Shown here: positions 29,953 through 40,505 of the stretch, piece by piece
Layout of the letters: every line of letters starts with the position of its first letter
Position numbering within the stretch: position 1 is the first letter of the stretch
Source: Thermoplasmata archaeon
GTDB taxonomy: Archaea; Thermoplasmatota; DTKX01; JAHFTX01
Length of the DNA: 64,000 nucleotides
Reading direction: 5' to 3'
Assembly (NCBI GenBank): GCA_023265395.1
Contig: JAHFTX010000001.1
Location: forward strand, 65,897 to 129,896
Position numbers and translations under genes: made by a program
Notes under the pieces: generated by a model
Told to the model about the DNA's origin: nothing
The model's input: the letters and a program-made list of their open reading frames with translations, nothing else
The model's database searches: none

Positions 29953-32900
29953 CTAGTCTGCTGCTTCCAGGGTACTGTCGGCGGTCTTCTCGGTATAGCG
30001 GTCGAGCAGTCGCTCTTCGCCGCGGAGTCGGTCCAAGAGGTCGGGCTCGGCCTGAGCGAGGCGGTCCATGTCACCGGTGAAGATGCGGTAGGCGCGCGCC
30101 TTCTCCGAGAGCTGATGAGAGAACTCTGCCAGCAGGCCGGTCATCGACGAGAGGTTGTTGCAGGCGACCACCATCTCGAGGGTCTGGGTATCCTCGCGGA
30201 CGACGGTGGTGATCACGATCTCCTCCTTGCCCTCGTTGGCCTTGCCGTAGTACCACGCCTCGGACCAGTACTGGGGACCATCGGAGGCGAATTCCCGCAC
30301 CAGCTTGACGTCATGCGCTTGGACGACCTCTTTAGAGAGCTGGAACGCCACGGGCATCTCGATTCCTTCGGGGAGCTTGTAGACCCGATTGTCCCGATAG
30401 CTTTGGCGGTCGGCGGTGCGCCGCAGGATGCCCACGTTGACCGTCTCGGGCGTATAGAAGATCGGGCAGACGATCTCCACGGTGCGCCGCTTCATATTGA
30501 CCGAGCGGCGCTCCCCATGAGGATCACGGTAGGTGAGGATTCCATCGAGCATGCTCTCCTGACAAATCTGCGGATCGAAGTAGAACGCCACGGTCTGCTT
30601 CTCGCCGGGGTTGATGACCCCGATCTCGATCTCCTCGCCATTGCGGGGGAGCTTGGGGTCGATGCGGTGGAGGGAGAGGTTCGTGCGGTTGTAGTAGGGC
30701 CGGAACGTCGCCTCGGTGATGACGGTGCTCGCCGTGTTCTTGAAGGCCACCTTCAGCCGGACATAGCCTTGGTAGAACTCGATGCCCGAGAGGACCTTGA
30801 CCTCACCTTCGTCGTCGCGCGCCGGTGGGATGAACGACAGCAACGGAGTCAGCGAAGTGGCCGCCTCAGCCACCAGCGAGAGGTCCCCGGCGAAGTCGTT
30901 CCACAGCGAGGAGTTGATACCCTCCACGCGGTCGACGGTGACCACGAGCTCCTGTTTGATGGCCGCACTGATGTCCCCATGGACGACAGCGACCACGGTC
31001 ACGTGGGGGCCGGCGCTGAAAACGACTGGACCAGGCCCTGCCTCGAGGGGGGGGATTGCGCTTGCTCCGGCGCGGCGATGGGACCTGAAGTGGGTCTGGA
31101 CCTGCTGGACCCACTCCATCGATGAGGTGGGGACCGGCGTCGTCTGTGCGACAGCATCGATGAGCCGACCATCATCAGAGAGCAGCAGCGCGTGGGAGAT
31201 CGGGCGGAACCCGCTGGCCCCACCACCCCCCTTCCCGAGGTCTCCCAACATCATCGGGGCGACCCGTGCCGGAGCAGCAGCGACATCGAGATCCACCTGA
31301 CCGAGGTGCGGCGGGTCCGCCTCCGGGGCTGTGGTAGGGCCCGGTCCATCGAGCGGATCGACCTCGGATCGGCGGGAGCGTCCGCGCACGAGGACCGCCA
31401 GAATCACTGCCGCGACAATGAGCAGCAGCAAGAGCGGGAAGATGCTACCGAGGAGCGCCTGAGCCCCTGGGGTGACAGAGCTTGCTGCACCAACCCGTGC
31501 CTCTCGTGTAGCGGTGTTGTCCCCTTCGCTGCGCTCGGAGATCGCCCCATCGGGGTCGATGACCGCGACTAGGTCTTGATGTCCGCGCGTCGCGTTCCAA
31601 GACAAGGAGACGGGCAGGCTGCTGCCCGGGGGCAGGAGCGCCAGCTGCAGCGAGGCGATCCGCGCGCCGTCGCGAGTGACGACGATGAGCACGTCCCGTG
31701 CTGCGCGGTCCCCGGTATTGCTCACCAGCAAGTTGAGGGAGACCTGCTCCCCCGGCTCGGCGGTGAGCCGCGTCTGGTCGGTCCAGGCGATGGTGAGGTC
31801 GATGACCCCGCTGAGCGGATCATTGGGGTCGACCGTCCCTAGTTCAGGGAGGAAGGTCACCACCTGGCTGTGGGTCGGACCGTTCCCCGCCCCGTCGGTG
31901 GCATCGACCTGGACCGTGTATTCCGTACCTAGGTCGAGGGACGTCAGAGGGAAGCTGCCTGATGCCATCAGCTCAGTGTTCGCGAGGAGACGCTGCTCCT
32001 GCCCGCTTGGGCCATAGAGGAGCTGCACGGTGCTTCGTTCAGACAACTGGTAGATGACCGTCGCAGAGCCATCGGGCTCCTCTGGAACGTCTACTCGGAG
32101 CTCGATGATCCTCGGCGGGGTGGTGTCGAGGGTCAAGGTGAGCGTCGGGCTGGTCGCCTCGTTCCCAGCGCGGTCGGTCACCCGCAGTCGCAGTTGATGG
32201 ACGCCGTCTCCAAGCAACTGAACCGGCAGTTCGCCGGTGAAGGGTTGGGCCGCCCCGAAACCCGCACCATCCATCTCGAGGGCCATCGTCAGGCTCCCAC
32301 TGCTGGGGCTGGGGTCGGCGCCGGAGACCGCCAGGGTGAGGCTTGGCGTCGAGACGAGGCCGCTGACGGGGGCGCCCAAGACCTGGAGTTGCACGCCGAT
32401 CGGCGCCTTGGTGTCGATGAAGACCGACGCCAGGGTGCTCTCGCCCACGTTCCCGGCTTCATCGCGCCCTTCGACGACGAGGCTCCTCGCGCCCTCTCCA
32501 TCGTTGCTTGCAAAGGTCCAGGAGAACAGGGCGGCAGGGTCTTGCCAATCCCCGAAGGTGGTCCCACCATCGTCGCTGATGCGCACTTGGGGTCGACCGA
32601 GGTTGTCCGAGATGGTCACCGACGCGTCGATGGTGAACGAGCGCGCGAAGCCCCTACCTTGCGCGAGCACGACCGCCGGCGCGTCCGGGGCCGTCCGGTC
32701 GAGGCGCACGACGATGGGATCGGAAGTTACGCGGTTCCCCATCGCGTCGGAGAGGGAAAGAGTCAACGACTTGCTCCCGTCGGCGCCGCTGAGGGTGAAG
32801 GTAATCAGGGAAGTCGGGCTCGCAAGCGCGCTCGAGCCTCCTGCTTCCTGGCGGACCTGGGCGAGCACGCTGCCGCTCCCGGTCCCGTCGTTCGCGAGGA

Positions 32901-35322
32901 CCTCGATGGGGATGGTCGCGGTGTTGGACCACGGCCTGTCATCGTTCACCACGAAGGCGGAGATCTGCGGGGGGCTGGTATCGACGCTGACATCGTCGAT
33001 CCCGTTGGTGGCGACGTTTCCGGCGGCGTCACGCACCCGCAGGAGCACTTGCCGTTCTCCGTCACCGGGGGGGAGGGTAAGCGTGCTCCCGACGGAGTAG
33101 GGGATCCAGGCCCCCCAGGTCGCTCCCCCGTCAGTGGAGAAGGCCATATCGTCCAGTCCCGAGGCGCTATCGGCGGCGGTGACGGCCACCTCGACGAGGG
33201 AGGAGTTGACGAATGTGGCACCTTGGGCGATCTCCAACCCCAGGCTGCTGGGCGGGATCGTATCGATCATGAACGGGCCCAGGTGCGACGCAGAGAGGTT
33301 CCAGTTGCCGGCAGCATCGAGGGTCCGGATGTGGAACCACTGCGAGTCGCTGTCCCCCAAGGTCGGGGAGATGGCCTGGTCGGCGCTCCCGTTGCCATCG
33401 GGGATCGAGTCGGGAATCGTCGTCGGGGCCGTGGTGAAGCTCCAGGAGAACCCGTCGATGCCACTGACGGCGCCGTCGGAACCGCTCCAGCGGACCTCGA
33501 CGATCGGGTTGTTCGACCAGGAACCGACCTGGTGGGTCGGAGAGGTCAGGGTCGTCGGATTGACGGGGTCGGTCCCATCGAACTTGAACGGCCCAAAGTG
33601 CGCCGCACCGGCATTCCAGTTCCCTGCCGCGTCCTTGGTGCGGATGTGGAAGTACCAGCCTGGAGAATCGGTCGGGAGGGTGGTGGCGTTGCTGGCGATG
33701 GATTGGTCGCCCTCGGAGATGGTATCGGGCAGAGTGGCGGCGTTCTGGTTCCACAGCCAGGAATAGTCAGAGACGCCGCTGCCAGTTCCGTCACTGGCCC
33801 CGCTCCAGTCGATCGTCAAGTCGGCGACGCCAAACCAACTGTCGATCGATTCGGTGGCGCTGAAGGAGTTGGGGTTAGTCGGCGGTGCGGTGTCGATCCA
33901 GAAGGGACCAACGTCGACGGAGGTGTCGTCCCAGTTGCCTGCGTTGTCCTTCGATTGGAGGTGCACGTAGTGCCCGGTACCATCGGCCAAGGCGGCGGAG
34001 GCGACGCTGGTGATGCCCTCTTCGAGGGTCTTGCCCTGACCTTGGGCCGTAGGCAGGGACGAGGGCGACGAGTCCCAGAGGATGGCGTATCCATCGAGGC
34101 CACTGGTCGCATCGGTCGCCGCGACCCACGAGAGGTCGACCGTGTTGTCATTGGCCCAGGCCGATATCGTGTGGCTGGGACTGGTCAACCCCGAGAGTGC
34201 GCTAGGGTCGACGGTGTCGATCCAGAAGGGCCCCAGATGGGCCGTGTTGATCGCCAACGCCCAGTTTCCAGCGTTGTCGACCGGCCTGATGTGGAAGTAG
34301 TGCGCGTTGCCGTCGGCCAAGACCGGACTAGTCTCAGAGCTGATCAGCTCCTCACGGTTCTTGACGGTGATTGGCAATGTGAGGGGGCTGGTGTCCCAGA
34401 AGACCGAGTATCCGTCGAGGCGACTGCCCCAATCGGTAGAGGCGGTCCAGGTGACATCGACCTGGTTGAGGGTCGACCACGACGAGACGGTGTGCGTGGT
34501 GCTGGTCAGTCCCGTGACCTTGGCGGGGGACTTGGTGTCGACCCCCGTCAGTAGGATATCGTCGAGATAGGTCCCCTCATAGTCGATCGGGGGGATGTTG
34601 TTGAAGTCGCTGCCGAAGAAGAACCCGATAATCGAGGCATTGGTCGGAATCGCGATGACGGTGTTCCTCCAACCGCCGGAGGACCCATCGCTGTCCTGCC
34701 AGGCCACCGGGTACTCACCCGGGAAGTCATCCGCCCAGTAATAGACCTGGATTGTGTCGTAGGTCGCTTCGGAACTGTACCAGTACCAGAAGCCGAGGCT
34801 CAACGAGTCGAAGCCGGTCGCGTTCCCGAAGTCATATTCCATCCACGCCTCCTGATCGTGGTCGTAATCGTGGGTGTCGGTGTTGGGATTACCGGTTCCA
34901 GAATTCGTGCCTACCTGGGAAGCCCAGACGGATTTGGCGCCGGTGTGGGCACGACCTCCTGTGCCAGGGCCATCGACGCCCCAGTAGTCCGCGCCCGAGG
35001 TCGGTTCCTGGTCGTCACGGGACCAACCGGCTGGCCAGACGCCACCCTCGAAGTCCTCATCGATTAGTGTCCAGATCGCTGCCGGGTGAAGGCCACCGCT
35101 GCCGTCCTTGAGTGCCGGGGGCAGGTCCCAACCATCCAAGCTGCCTAGTCCGTGGGAGCCGACAAGCCCGCTCCCGGTCACCCCGGTAGCAGAGGTACCA
35201 CTGGCCATGGCTGGTGATGTCACCAAGGCCGTGACGATGAGCAGCAGGGCAGCCACGGTGGCTGCCCTGGGGTGCAGGCTACGGCATCGCCCCATCGGGA
35301 GGTGGTTCGACACCGGGCCCAT
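29953..35322 (-). CDS. Giant single-pass membrane protein: Ig/FN3-like repeats, CARDB, TM, ~470-aa cytoplasmic region
   Basis: Signal peptide; four repeats ending approximately 'YFHIR..D.AGNW...HLGPF.IDT'; several 'DxAGN' Ig-like repeats; CARDB; TM 'IFPLLLLLIVAAVILAVLVRGR'. Confidence 0.85.
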   Translation of the reverse strand: MGPVSNHLPMGRCRSLHPRAATVAALLLIVTALVTSPAMASGTSATGVTGSGLVGSHGLGSLDGWDLPPALKDGSGGLHPAAIWTLIDEDFEGGVWPAGWSRDDQEPTSGADYWGVDGPGTGGRAHTGAKSVWASQVGTNSGTGNPNTDTHDYDHDQEAWMEYDFGNATGFDSLSLGFWYWYSSEATYDTIQVYYWADDFPGEYPVAWQDSDGSSGGWRNTVIAIPTNASIIGFFFGSDFNNIPPIDYEGTYLDDILLTGVDTKSPAKVTGLTSTTHTVSSWSTLNQVDVTWTASTDWGSRLDGYSVFWDTSPLTLPITVKNREELISSETSPVLADGNAHYFHIRPVDNAGNWALAINTAHLGPFWIDTVDPSALSGLTSPSHTISAWANDNTVDLSWVAATDATSGLDGYAILWDSSPSSLPTAQGQGKTLEEGITSVASAALADGTGHYVHLQSKDNAGNWDDTSVDVGPFWIDTAPPTNPNSFSATESIDSWFGVADLTIDWSGASDGTGSGVSDYSWLWNQNAATLPDTISEGDQSIASNATTLPTDSPGWYFHIRTKDAAGNWNAGAAHFGPFKFDGTDPVNPTTLTSPTHQVGSWSNNPIVEVRWSGSDGAVSGIDGFSWSFTTAPTTIPDSIPDGNGSADQAISPTLGDSDSQWFHIRTLDAAGNWNLSASHLGPFMIDTIPPSSLGLEIAQGATFVNSSLVEVAVTAADSASGLDDMAFSTDGGATWGAWIPYSVGSTLTLPPGDGERQVLLRVRDAAGNVATNGIDDVSVDTSPPQISAFVVNDDRPWSNTATIPIEVLANDGTGSGSVLAQVRQEAGGSSALASPTSLITFTLSGADGSKSLTLSLSDAMGNRVTSDPIVVRLDRTAPDAPAVVLAQGRGFARSFTIDASVTISDNLGRPQVRISDDGGTTFGDWQDPAALFSWTFASNDGEGARSLVVEGRDEAGNVGESTLASVFIDTKAPIGVQLQVLGAPVSGLVSTPSLTLAVSGADPSPSSGSLTMALEMDGAGFGAAQPFTGELPVQLLGDGVHQLRLRVTDRAGNEATSPTLTLTLDTTPPRIIELRVDVPEEPDGSATVIYQLSERSTVQLLYGPSGQEQRLLANTELMASGSFPLTSLDLGTEYTVQVDATDGAGNGPTHSQVVTFLPELGTVDPNDPLSGVIDLTIAWTDQTRLTAEPGEQVSLNLLVSNTGDRAARDVLIVVTRDGARIASLQLALLPPGSSLPVSLSWNATRGHQDLVAVIDPDGAISERSEGDNTATREARVGAASSVTPGAQALLGSIFPLLLLLIVAAVILAVLVRGRSRRSEVDPLDGPGPTTAPEADPPHLGQVDLDVAAAPARVAPMMLGDLGKGGGGASGFRPISHALLLSDDGRLIDAVAQTTPVPTSSMEWVQQVQTHFRSHRRAGASAIPPLEAGPGPVVFSAGPHVTVVAVVHGDISAAIKQELVVTVDRVEGINSSLWNDFAGDLSLVAEAATSLTPLLSFIPPARDDEGEVKVLSGIEFYQGYVRLKVAFKNTASTVITEATFRPYYNRTNLSLHRIDPKLPRNGEEIEIGVINPGEKQTVAFYFDPQICQESMLDGILTYRDPHGERRSVNMKRRTVEIVCPIFYTPETVNVGILRRTADRQSYRDNRVYKLPEGIEMPVAFQLSKEVVQAHDVKLVREFASDGPQYWSEAWYYGKANEGKEEIVITTVVREDTQTLEMVVACNNLSSMTGLLAEFSHQLSEKARAYRIFTGDMDRLAQAEPDLLDRLRGEERLLDRYTEKTADSTLEAAD

Positions 35323-35375
35323 AAGGCTTCTCTTGGTTCATGATGACGAGAACCCGCCGATGCGAAGGGAGGCCT

Positions 35376-36374
35376 TCAGAACAGCCCCGGAAGCGTGAAG
35401 GAGGTCGTCAACTCGACGAACCCGAAACTTGGATAGAGCAGTCCGGCGCCGACGAGGTATCCACCAATCGCCCCTCCATTGAGCAGCGGGAGCCCAGCCT
35501 GGGGGTTGCCGCGAAGGACGTACCGCATCAGCACGAGGTAGCCACAGAGGCCACCGACGAGTGTGGTCAAGGCGACTGCCAGGTTGCTGCTCAGCCCCCA
35601 CATCCAGGGCATCGGGGCCAAGAACACCTGTGCGCTGACGACCAACGCACCGGGGATGATGATGTCACCCAAGCCCATGAACATCGCCTCACGTTCCTCC
35701 CCCGAATCGAGTTGCTCCTGCAGGGAAGGTTGCTCGAGGAACGAATAGCCGCTCCCCTTGGGGATTACGAGCATGATGGGCAGATGATGGTCCATGACCG
35801 TGTCCGCCAGCGCGACCATGTGCTTGGTCTGGTAGACGGCGATTGCATCGTAGATGGCCAGGACGGCCAGGAGCAGGATCAGCGGCAGGACCCCGATGCT
35901 GAACCCAAGGATCGCTGTCACGCCTACGGCCATGAACACCCCACTGATGTCGACCACCCACCATTCGGGATAGACGTACAGCAGCACCGTCACCAGTAGT
36001 GCCAGCGACACCCCCAGGGTCGTCGCGATGGCGACCGTGCCCTCGGAGGCGTCATCGGGCGAGGAGGAGAAGAGTCGGACGACCAGGGGGTAGATCACGT
36101 AGACGATGCTGATGAAGATCGCTGCCATGATGATGTGCTGGACCAGATGTTCGAACCCTTGCTTGACGACGAACAGGACCACGCCTGTGAATACGAGGAT
36201 GACGATCACGTAGTAGAGCGGATTGAACACCGAGTTGGTGTCGTCGCCGAAGACCTGGTACTCTCGCGGGAGAAGGGTGACGATCGCCATGGCCGCCAGG
36301 ATCGTCAAGGCAAAGATGGCGCCGATGACTGCGACACTGGTGCTCGCCCCCAGGCCCTTGCGCGCTCGCGCCAT
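35376..36374 (-). CDS. Presenilin-family GxGD intramembrane aspartyl protease (PSH)
   Basis: AIYDAIAVYQTKHM, FMGLGDIIIP and QAGLPLLN motifs; multiple TM segments. Confidence 0.93.
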   Translation of the reverse strand: MARARKGLGASTSVAVIGAIFALTILAAMAIVTLLPREYQVFGDDTNSVFNPLYYVIVILVFTGVVLFVVKQGFEHLVQHIIMAAIFISIVYVIYPLVVRLFSSSPDDASEGTVAIATTLGVSLALLVTVLLYVYPEWWVVDISGVFMAVGVTAILGFSIGVLPLILLLAVLAIYDAIAVYQTKHMVALADTVMDHHLPIMLVIPKGSGYSFLEQPSLQEQLDSGEEREAMFMGLGDIIIPGALVVSAQVFLAPMPWMWGLSSNLAVALTTLVGGLCGYLVLMRYVLRGNPQAGLPLLNGGAIGGYLVGAGLLYPSFGFVELTTSFTLPGLF

Positions 36375-36399
36375 CCTATGCACCTGCCGCGCGGACGTC

Positions 36400-37050
36400 C
36401 TACCGAACGATCTTGGCGAAGGCGCGGTTGCCACTGACCCGTTCGATGAGGACTTTGACCTTCTGCCCCTTGGACGTCCCCGGCACGAAGACGACGAATC
36501 GGTCGACCTTGGCCAACCCGTCGCCACGGTTGCCGACGTCGACGATGTTGACCTCGTACTCCTTCCCTTCCTCGATGGCTGGGATCTCGGGACCCTTGAT
36601 GGCAGCGTACGCGCGCACCGGTCGGTGCGCCCCGCAGGCCGAACACTGCAGGATGGTCGTGCGACCTTCCTTGACCAGCTTGGTATCGGGCCGGCGGCAT
36701 TCCTGGCAGATGACGAACATCTCCACGAACGCCTCGAGCTTCTCCACGATCTGGCGCTCTGCGACACGCGACTTGAAGGTCAACCGTCCAGCCTCGCGGG
36801 ATCCTGCCGTGCCCAGCTCCCCCAGGAGGAACTTGTAGACGTAGGCCGGGTCGCGGTCGAGCACCTTGCAGACCTCGTCGAAGTTCTGGAAGACGGTCTG
36901 GCGACCTTCGACCAACAGGGTCGGCTCGGGGAGTTGCCACCGTTCATGGGCCGCACTGGTGCCCGGGAGCTTGGCCCGCATCCGAGCGAGCAGGGCATCG
37001 TAGTCGCCGAAGAGGGCCTCGGGAGCGGACTTCGAGGGGTCGGCGCTCAT
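36400..37050 (-). CDS. eif2b: Translation initiation factor 2 beta subunit with C-terminal TRAM domain
   Basis: ELGTAG, CQECRRPDT, CSACGA, then TRAM 'GKEYEVNIVDVGNRGDGLAKVDRFVVFVPG'. Confidence 0.93.
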   Translation of the reverse strand: MSADPSKSAPEALFGDYDALLARMRAKLPGTSAAHERWQLPEPTLLVEGRQTVFQNFDEVCKVLDRDPAYVYKFLLGELGTAGSREAGRLTFKSRVAERQIVEKLEAFVEMFVICQECRRPDTKLVKEGRTTILQCSACGAHRPVRAYAAIKGPEIPAIEEGKEYEVNIVDVGNRGDGLAKVDRFVVFVPGTSKGQKVKVLIERVSGNRAFAKIVR

Positions 37051-37113
37051 AGGCAACCCACCTGGCGCGGGGTATAAAGGCGCATCGGACGACCACCCAA
37101 TGGTCCAGGGGCG

Positions 37114-38082
37114 CTAGCTGTCGCGCAGGTGGCGCAACAGGTCGCGCACGAACACGGGGACCATCTTCCGGCGATAGTGCGGTGGGAAGCTGGTGTTCCG
37201 GTAGGGTCGGGCTCGCTCGAAGGAGGCAGCAGCGAGTTCCTCGATGGCCTGGTCCGAGAGCGGTCCGCCGACATAGGGCTTGGTGACCGAGTCGAGGGAT
37301 CGCGGGGCTTGCTCGAGCGCGTTGAGGACGATCCGCAGGCGGGAGAGTGCCCCATCGACGATCTGGATGCTGATGGCAACGCCCAACTCGGGGAAATCCC
37401 ATGACCCTCGCAGACGCAGCTTGCGGTACCCCGTCCTCCAGGTCGGTGCGCACTCGGGCAGGCGCACGCCGATGAGCAGCTCCCCTGGGGTCCGGGCATG
37501 GCGTCGGATACCGTCGAAGAGGTAGAGCTCCTGCAGGGGGACCTCTCGCCCAGCCTGGGGGCCCAGCAGCTGGGCGGTGGCGTCGAGCGCGCACAGGGTC
37601 CCGGCCATGTCGCTACTGAAGGTGGCATAACAGAGTTCTTGCTGAGGCACGACGTGGCACCGGTCCCCCTCGGCCTTCATGCACGGCTCCCACGACCGCC
37701 GCCAGTGTTCACTCTGATTGAAGTAGAAGCAGCGGTTCTCCAACATCAGGTTGCCACCGAGCGTGCCCGATGCGCGAAGCAGCACCGATGCGACCTGGCG
37801 GGCAGTTGCCGGGATCACCGGCAGGCGAGCCTGCAGCTCGGCTGAACCTTCGAGCTCGCGCAGGGTGACCATCGCCCCGATGTGGGTGGGGGTGAGGTCC
37901 CGCAGACCCTCGACGCGGTGGAGGCTGATGACATGGGGCTTGGCATTGAGCCGCCACTTGTAATTGGGGAGCAGGTCCGTGCCACCGGCGAGCCAGTCTG
38001 CCTCACCCGGATGCTGCGCAAAGGTCGCCACGGCCTCGTCGATGGTTAGGGGCTGGTGCAGGACGAAGGGCGGGAGGTTCAT
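37114..38082 (-). CDS. hcrB: Xanthine-oxidase-family FAD subunit with [4Fe-4S] insert (4-hydroxybenzoyl-CoA reductase beta-like)
   Basis: AGGTDL, GTLGGNL, and insert RCFYFNQSEHWRRSWEPCMKAEGDRCHVVPQQELC with four Cys. Confidence 0.78.
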   Translation of the reverse strand: MNLPPFVLHQPLTIDEAVATFAQHPGEADWLAGGTDLLPNYKWRLNAKPHVISLHRVEGLRDLTPTHIGAMVTLRELEGSAELQARLPVIPATARQVASVLLRASGTLGGNLMLENRCFYFNQSEHWRRSWEPCMKAEGDRCHVVPQQELCYATFSSDMAGTLCALDATAQLLGPQAGREVPLQELYLFDGIRRHARTPGELLIGVRLPECAPTWRTGYRKLRLRGSWDFPELGVAISIQIVDGALSRLRIVLNALEQAPRSLDSVTKPYVGGPLSDQAIEELAAASFERARPYRNTSFPPHYRRKMVPVFVRDLLRHLRDS

Positions 38083-40505
38083 CGTTGATTCCGGGAGAGA
38101 GCGGGGCCCGGCTCGTCGGTCGCGCCCCCGGCGACGTAGCCGCGCTTGGTGCGGCCCGTGGCGGTCGAACCCTGCTTCGACGACGTGGCAGTCGCGTCCG
38201 CGGCCCCTTGCTCCTCGATGGCCTTGAGGAGCCGGTCAGGGGTGATGGGGAGGTCGAAGACGCGGACACCCACCGCGTCGAAGATCGCGTTGCCGACGGC
38301 GGGGAGGATTGGCAGGAGCGGTCCCTCCCCTGCCTCCTTGGCCCCAAAGGGGCCCTCTGGGTCGTCGCTCTCGACGATGAACACCTCGACGTCGGGCATC
38401 TCGAAGGGCGTGGGGATCTTGTAGTCGAGCAGTGAGGGGTTGAGCAGCTGGCCCTTGTGGTAGCGCATCCCTTCGCTGAGGACCTGTCCCAGGCCCATAT
38501 GGATGGATCCTTCAATCTGGCCCTCGACCGCCAGAGGATTGAGGGCCTTCCCACAGTCGTGGGCCGCCCAGACCTTGTCACAATGCACGAACCCGCTCTG
38601 TGGTTCGACGCGCACATGGGCGACATAGGCCGAGAAGCTGTACGCAGGGGCGAGCCCCGCAGCGGCGCCCTTGAAGCTCCCGCCCATCGGCGGTGAACGG
38701 TAGCACCCCTTCGCCACCAACGCGCCGCGATCGGCGATCGCCTCATGGAGCACGCGCATGTACGGGACCTGCACCGCGGGCCGTGAACGACAGTGGGCCG
38801 TGCCATCCTCGAGGGTGAAGAGCTCTGCGGCGTACCCCGTCAGCCGAGCCGCCGCGGCCGTCAGCTCGTCGCGGACCTGCTCGGCAGCCCTGCGGGCGGC
38901 ATTCCCCATCATGAAGGTCACGCGGCTGCTGTAGCTGCCAAGGTCGACGGGCGCAAGGTCGGTGTCCTGCGCCTTGACGTGGATCATGGACGTGGGGAGT
39001 CCGAGCACCTCGGCGACCACCTGCGCGGCGACGGTGTCGCTCCCCTGCCCGATCTCTGCCGCACCGGTGTGGACCGTCACGCCCCCATCCATGTCGATCT
39101 TGATGTGGACGGTGCTCTGCGGGAAGCGCGCCGGGTCCCAATGGATGGGGAGCGCAGAACCGCTGATGTAGAAGCCACAGCCGATCCCCAATCCCTCGCC
39201 GTAGGGCAAGTTGCCGTGGCGGCTATCCCAGTCCGATGCCTTCCGGACGACCTCAAGGCACTCGGCGATCCCGTTGGAGGTGATCCGGAAGTGGTTGACG
39301 GTGTCGGTGTAGGGGGGGATGAGATTGCGGAGGCGCAGCTGTATGGGGTCGATCCCCAGTTCGTTGGCGATCATGTCGACCAGCGTTTCCGCCGCGAAAC
39401 GACTGTTGACGGCCCCGTGGCCGCGCATGGCGCCGCTGGGGGGTTTGTTGGTGAAGACCCGACGGCCCTTGTAGCGGAAGTTGGGGATATCATAGGGGGC
39501 GACCGACAGCACCCCGTTGTAATAGGTGCTGATGACCCCAAAGCTCGACCACGCTCCGCCATCGATGAGCGCCTCGATGTCCAGCCCGGTCAGCTTGCCA
39601 TCCTCGCTAGCGGTCATCTCCATGCGCGTCGATGTCGGGTGCCGGCCGTGGTTGGTCAGGAACACCTCCTCGCGGTCGAAGACGAGCTTGACGGGCCGGC
39701 CCGTGCGCATCGAGAGGATTGCGGCTGCCATCTCATGGGGGAAGGGGTCGCTCTTGCCCCCGAAGCCCCCGCCCACCATCGGCTTGACGACCCGGATACG
39801 GTGCATCTGGATGCCCAGCACCTCGGAGAGCGCCCGGTGGACGTAATGGGGGACTTGGGTGGCTGTCCAGACCGTCAGCCGCCCGTCGACCTCGTAGCGG
39901 GCCACGACCGCATGCGGTTCGGTGAAGCCGTGAGTCACACCCTGGAAGGTGAACCGTCCGCGTGCGGTGATGGCAGCGGACCGCTTCGCCTGCTCGATAT
40001 CGCCGAAGTCTTGGTCCACCATCCGGTGGATGTTGGTCTTCCCGATTCCGAGGGGATGGATCTTCTCTGGGACCTCCTCGAGGGATTCCTCGGGTTTGTG
40101 ATACGCGGGCAGAGGTTCGTACGCGACCTTGACCTTGGCCAGGGCCTCCTCGACAGCATAGAGGTCGCTCCCGGCGATGGCACAGACGACATCGCCGACG
40201 TAGACGACCTTCTCGGTCGCCAACGCGGTCTCGTCCTTGGAGATTGGGATGACCCCGAACTTGTTGGGGTATTCTGCGCCCGTGATGACGGCTGCGACCC
40301 CCGGGACTTCGATTGCCTCCGTGGTATCGATGGAGATGATGCGCGCATGGTGCTGGGTCGAGCGCAGGATCCGCGCGACGAGCATGTTGGGCAGGTAGAT
40401 GTCTTCTGTGTACACCCCGCTCCCGGTGACCTTGCGGCGGGCATCGACCAGGGGCATCCGTTTCCCCACCACGGAGCGAGGGTGATGGGCGCCGTGGCGG
40501 CTCAT
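38079..40505 (-). CDS. hcrA: Xanthine-oxidase-family molybdopterin subunit (4-hydroxybenzoyl-CoA reductase alpha-like)
   Basis: VGGGFGGK, GAMRGHG, EIGQGS, DLGSYSSRVT, GPFGAKEAGEG. Confidence 0.78.
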   Translation of the reverse strand: MSRHGAHHPRSVVGKRMPLVDARRKVTGSGVYTEDIYLPNMLVARILRSTQHHARIISIDTTEAIEVPGVAAVITGAEYPNKFGVIPISKDETALATEKVVYVGDVVCAIAGSDLYAVEEALAKVKVAYEPLPAYHKPEESLEEVPEKIHPLGIGKTNIHRMVDQDFGDIEQAKRSAAITARGRFTFQGVTHGFTEPHAVVARYEVDGRLTVWTATQVPHYVHRALSEVLGIQMHRIRVVKPMVGGGFGGKSDPFPHEMAAAILSMRTGRPVKLVFDREEVFLTNHGRHPTSTRMEMTASEDGKLTGLDIEALIDGGAWSSFGVISTYYNGVLSVAPYDIPNFRYKGRRVFTNKPPSGAMRGHGAVNSRFAAETLVDMIANELGIDPIQLRLRNLIPPYTDTVNHFRITSNGIAECLEVVRKASDWDSRHGNLPYGEGLGIGCGFYISGSALPIHWDPARFPQSTVHIKIDMDGGVTVHTGAAEIGQGSDTVAAQVVAEVLGLPTSMIHVKAQDTDLAPVDLGSYSSRVTFMMGNAARRAAEQVRDELTAAAARLTGYAAELFTLEDGTAHCRSRPAVQVPYMRVLHEAIADRGALVAKGCYRSPPMGGSFKGAAAGLAPAYSFSAYVAHVRVEPQSGFVHCDKVWAAHDCGKALNPLAVEGQIEGSIHMGLGQVLSEGMRYHKGQLLNPSLLDYKIPTPFEMPDVEVFIVESDDPEGPFGAKEAGEGPLLPILPAVGNAIFDAVGVRVFDLPITPDRLLKAIEEQGAADATATSSKQGSTATGRTKRGYVAGGATDEPGPALSRNQR

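Noticed and set aside
33250-34540. Repeated DNA words as a possible CRISPR or tandem array
   Set aside because: They are degenerate protein-domain repeats of about 100 aa within a CDS, with no fixed repeat-spacer pattern.
32194-34554. 786-aa plus-strand ORF and many similar long antisense ORFs
   Set aside because: These are shadow frames of real genes in high-GC DNA and contain no motifs.
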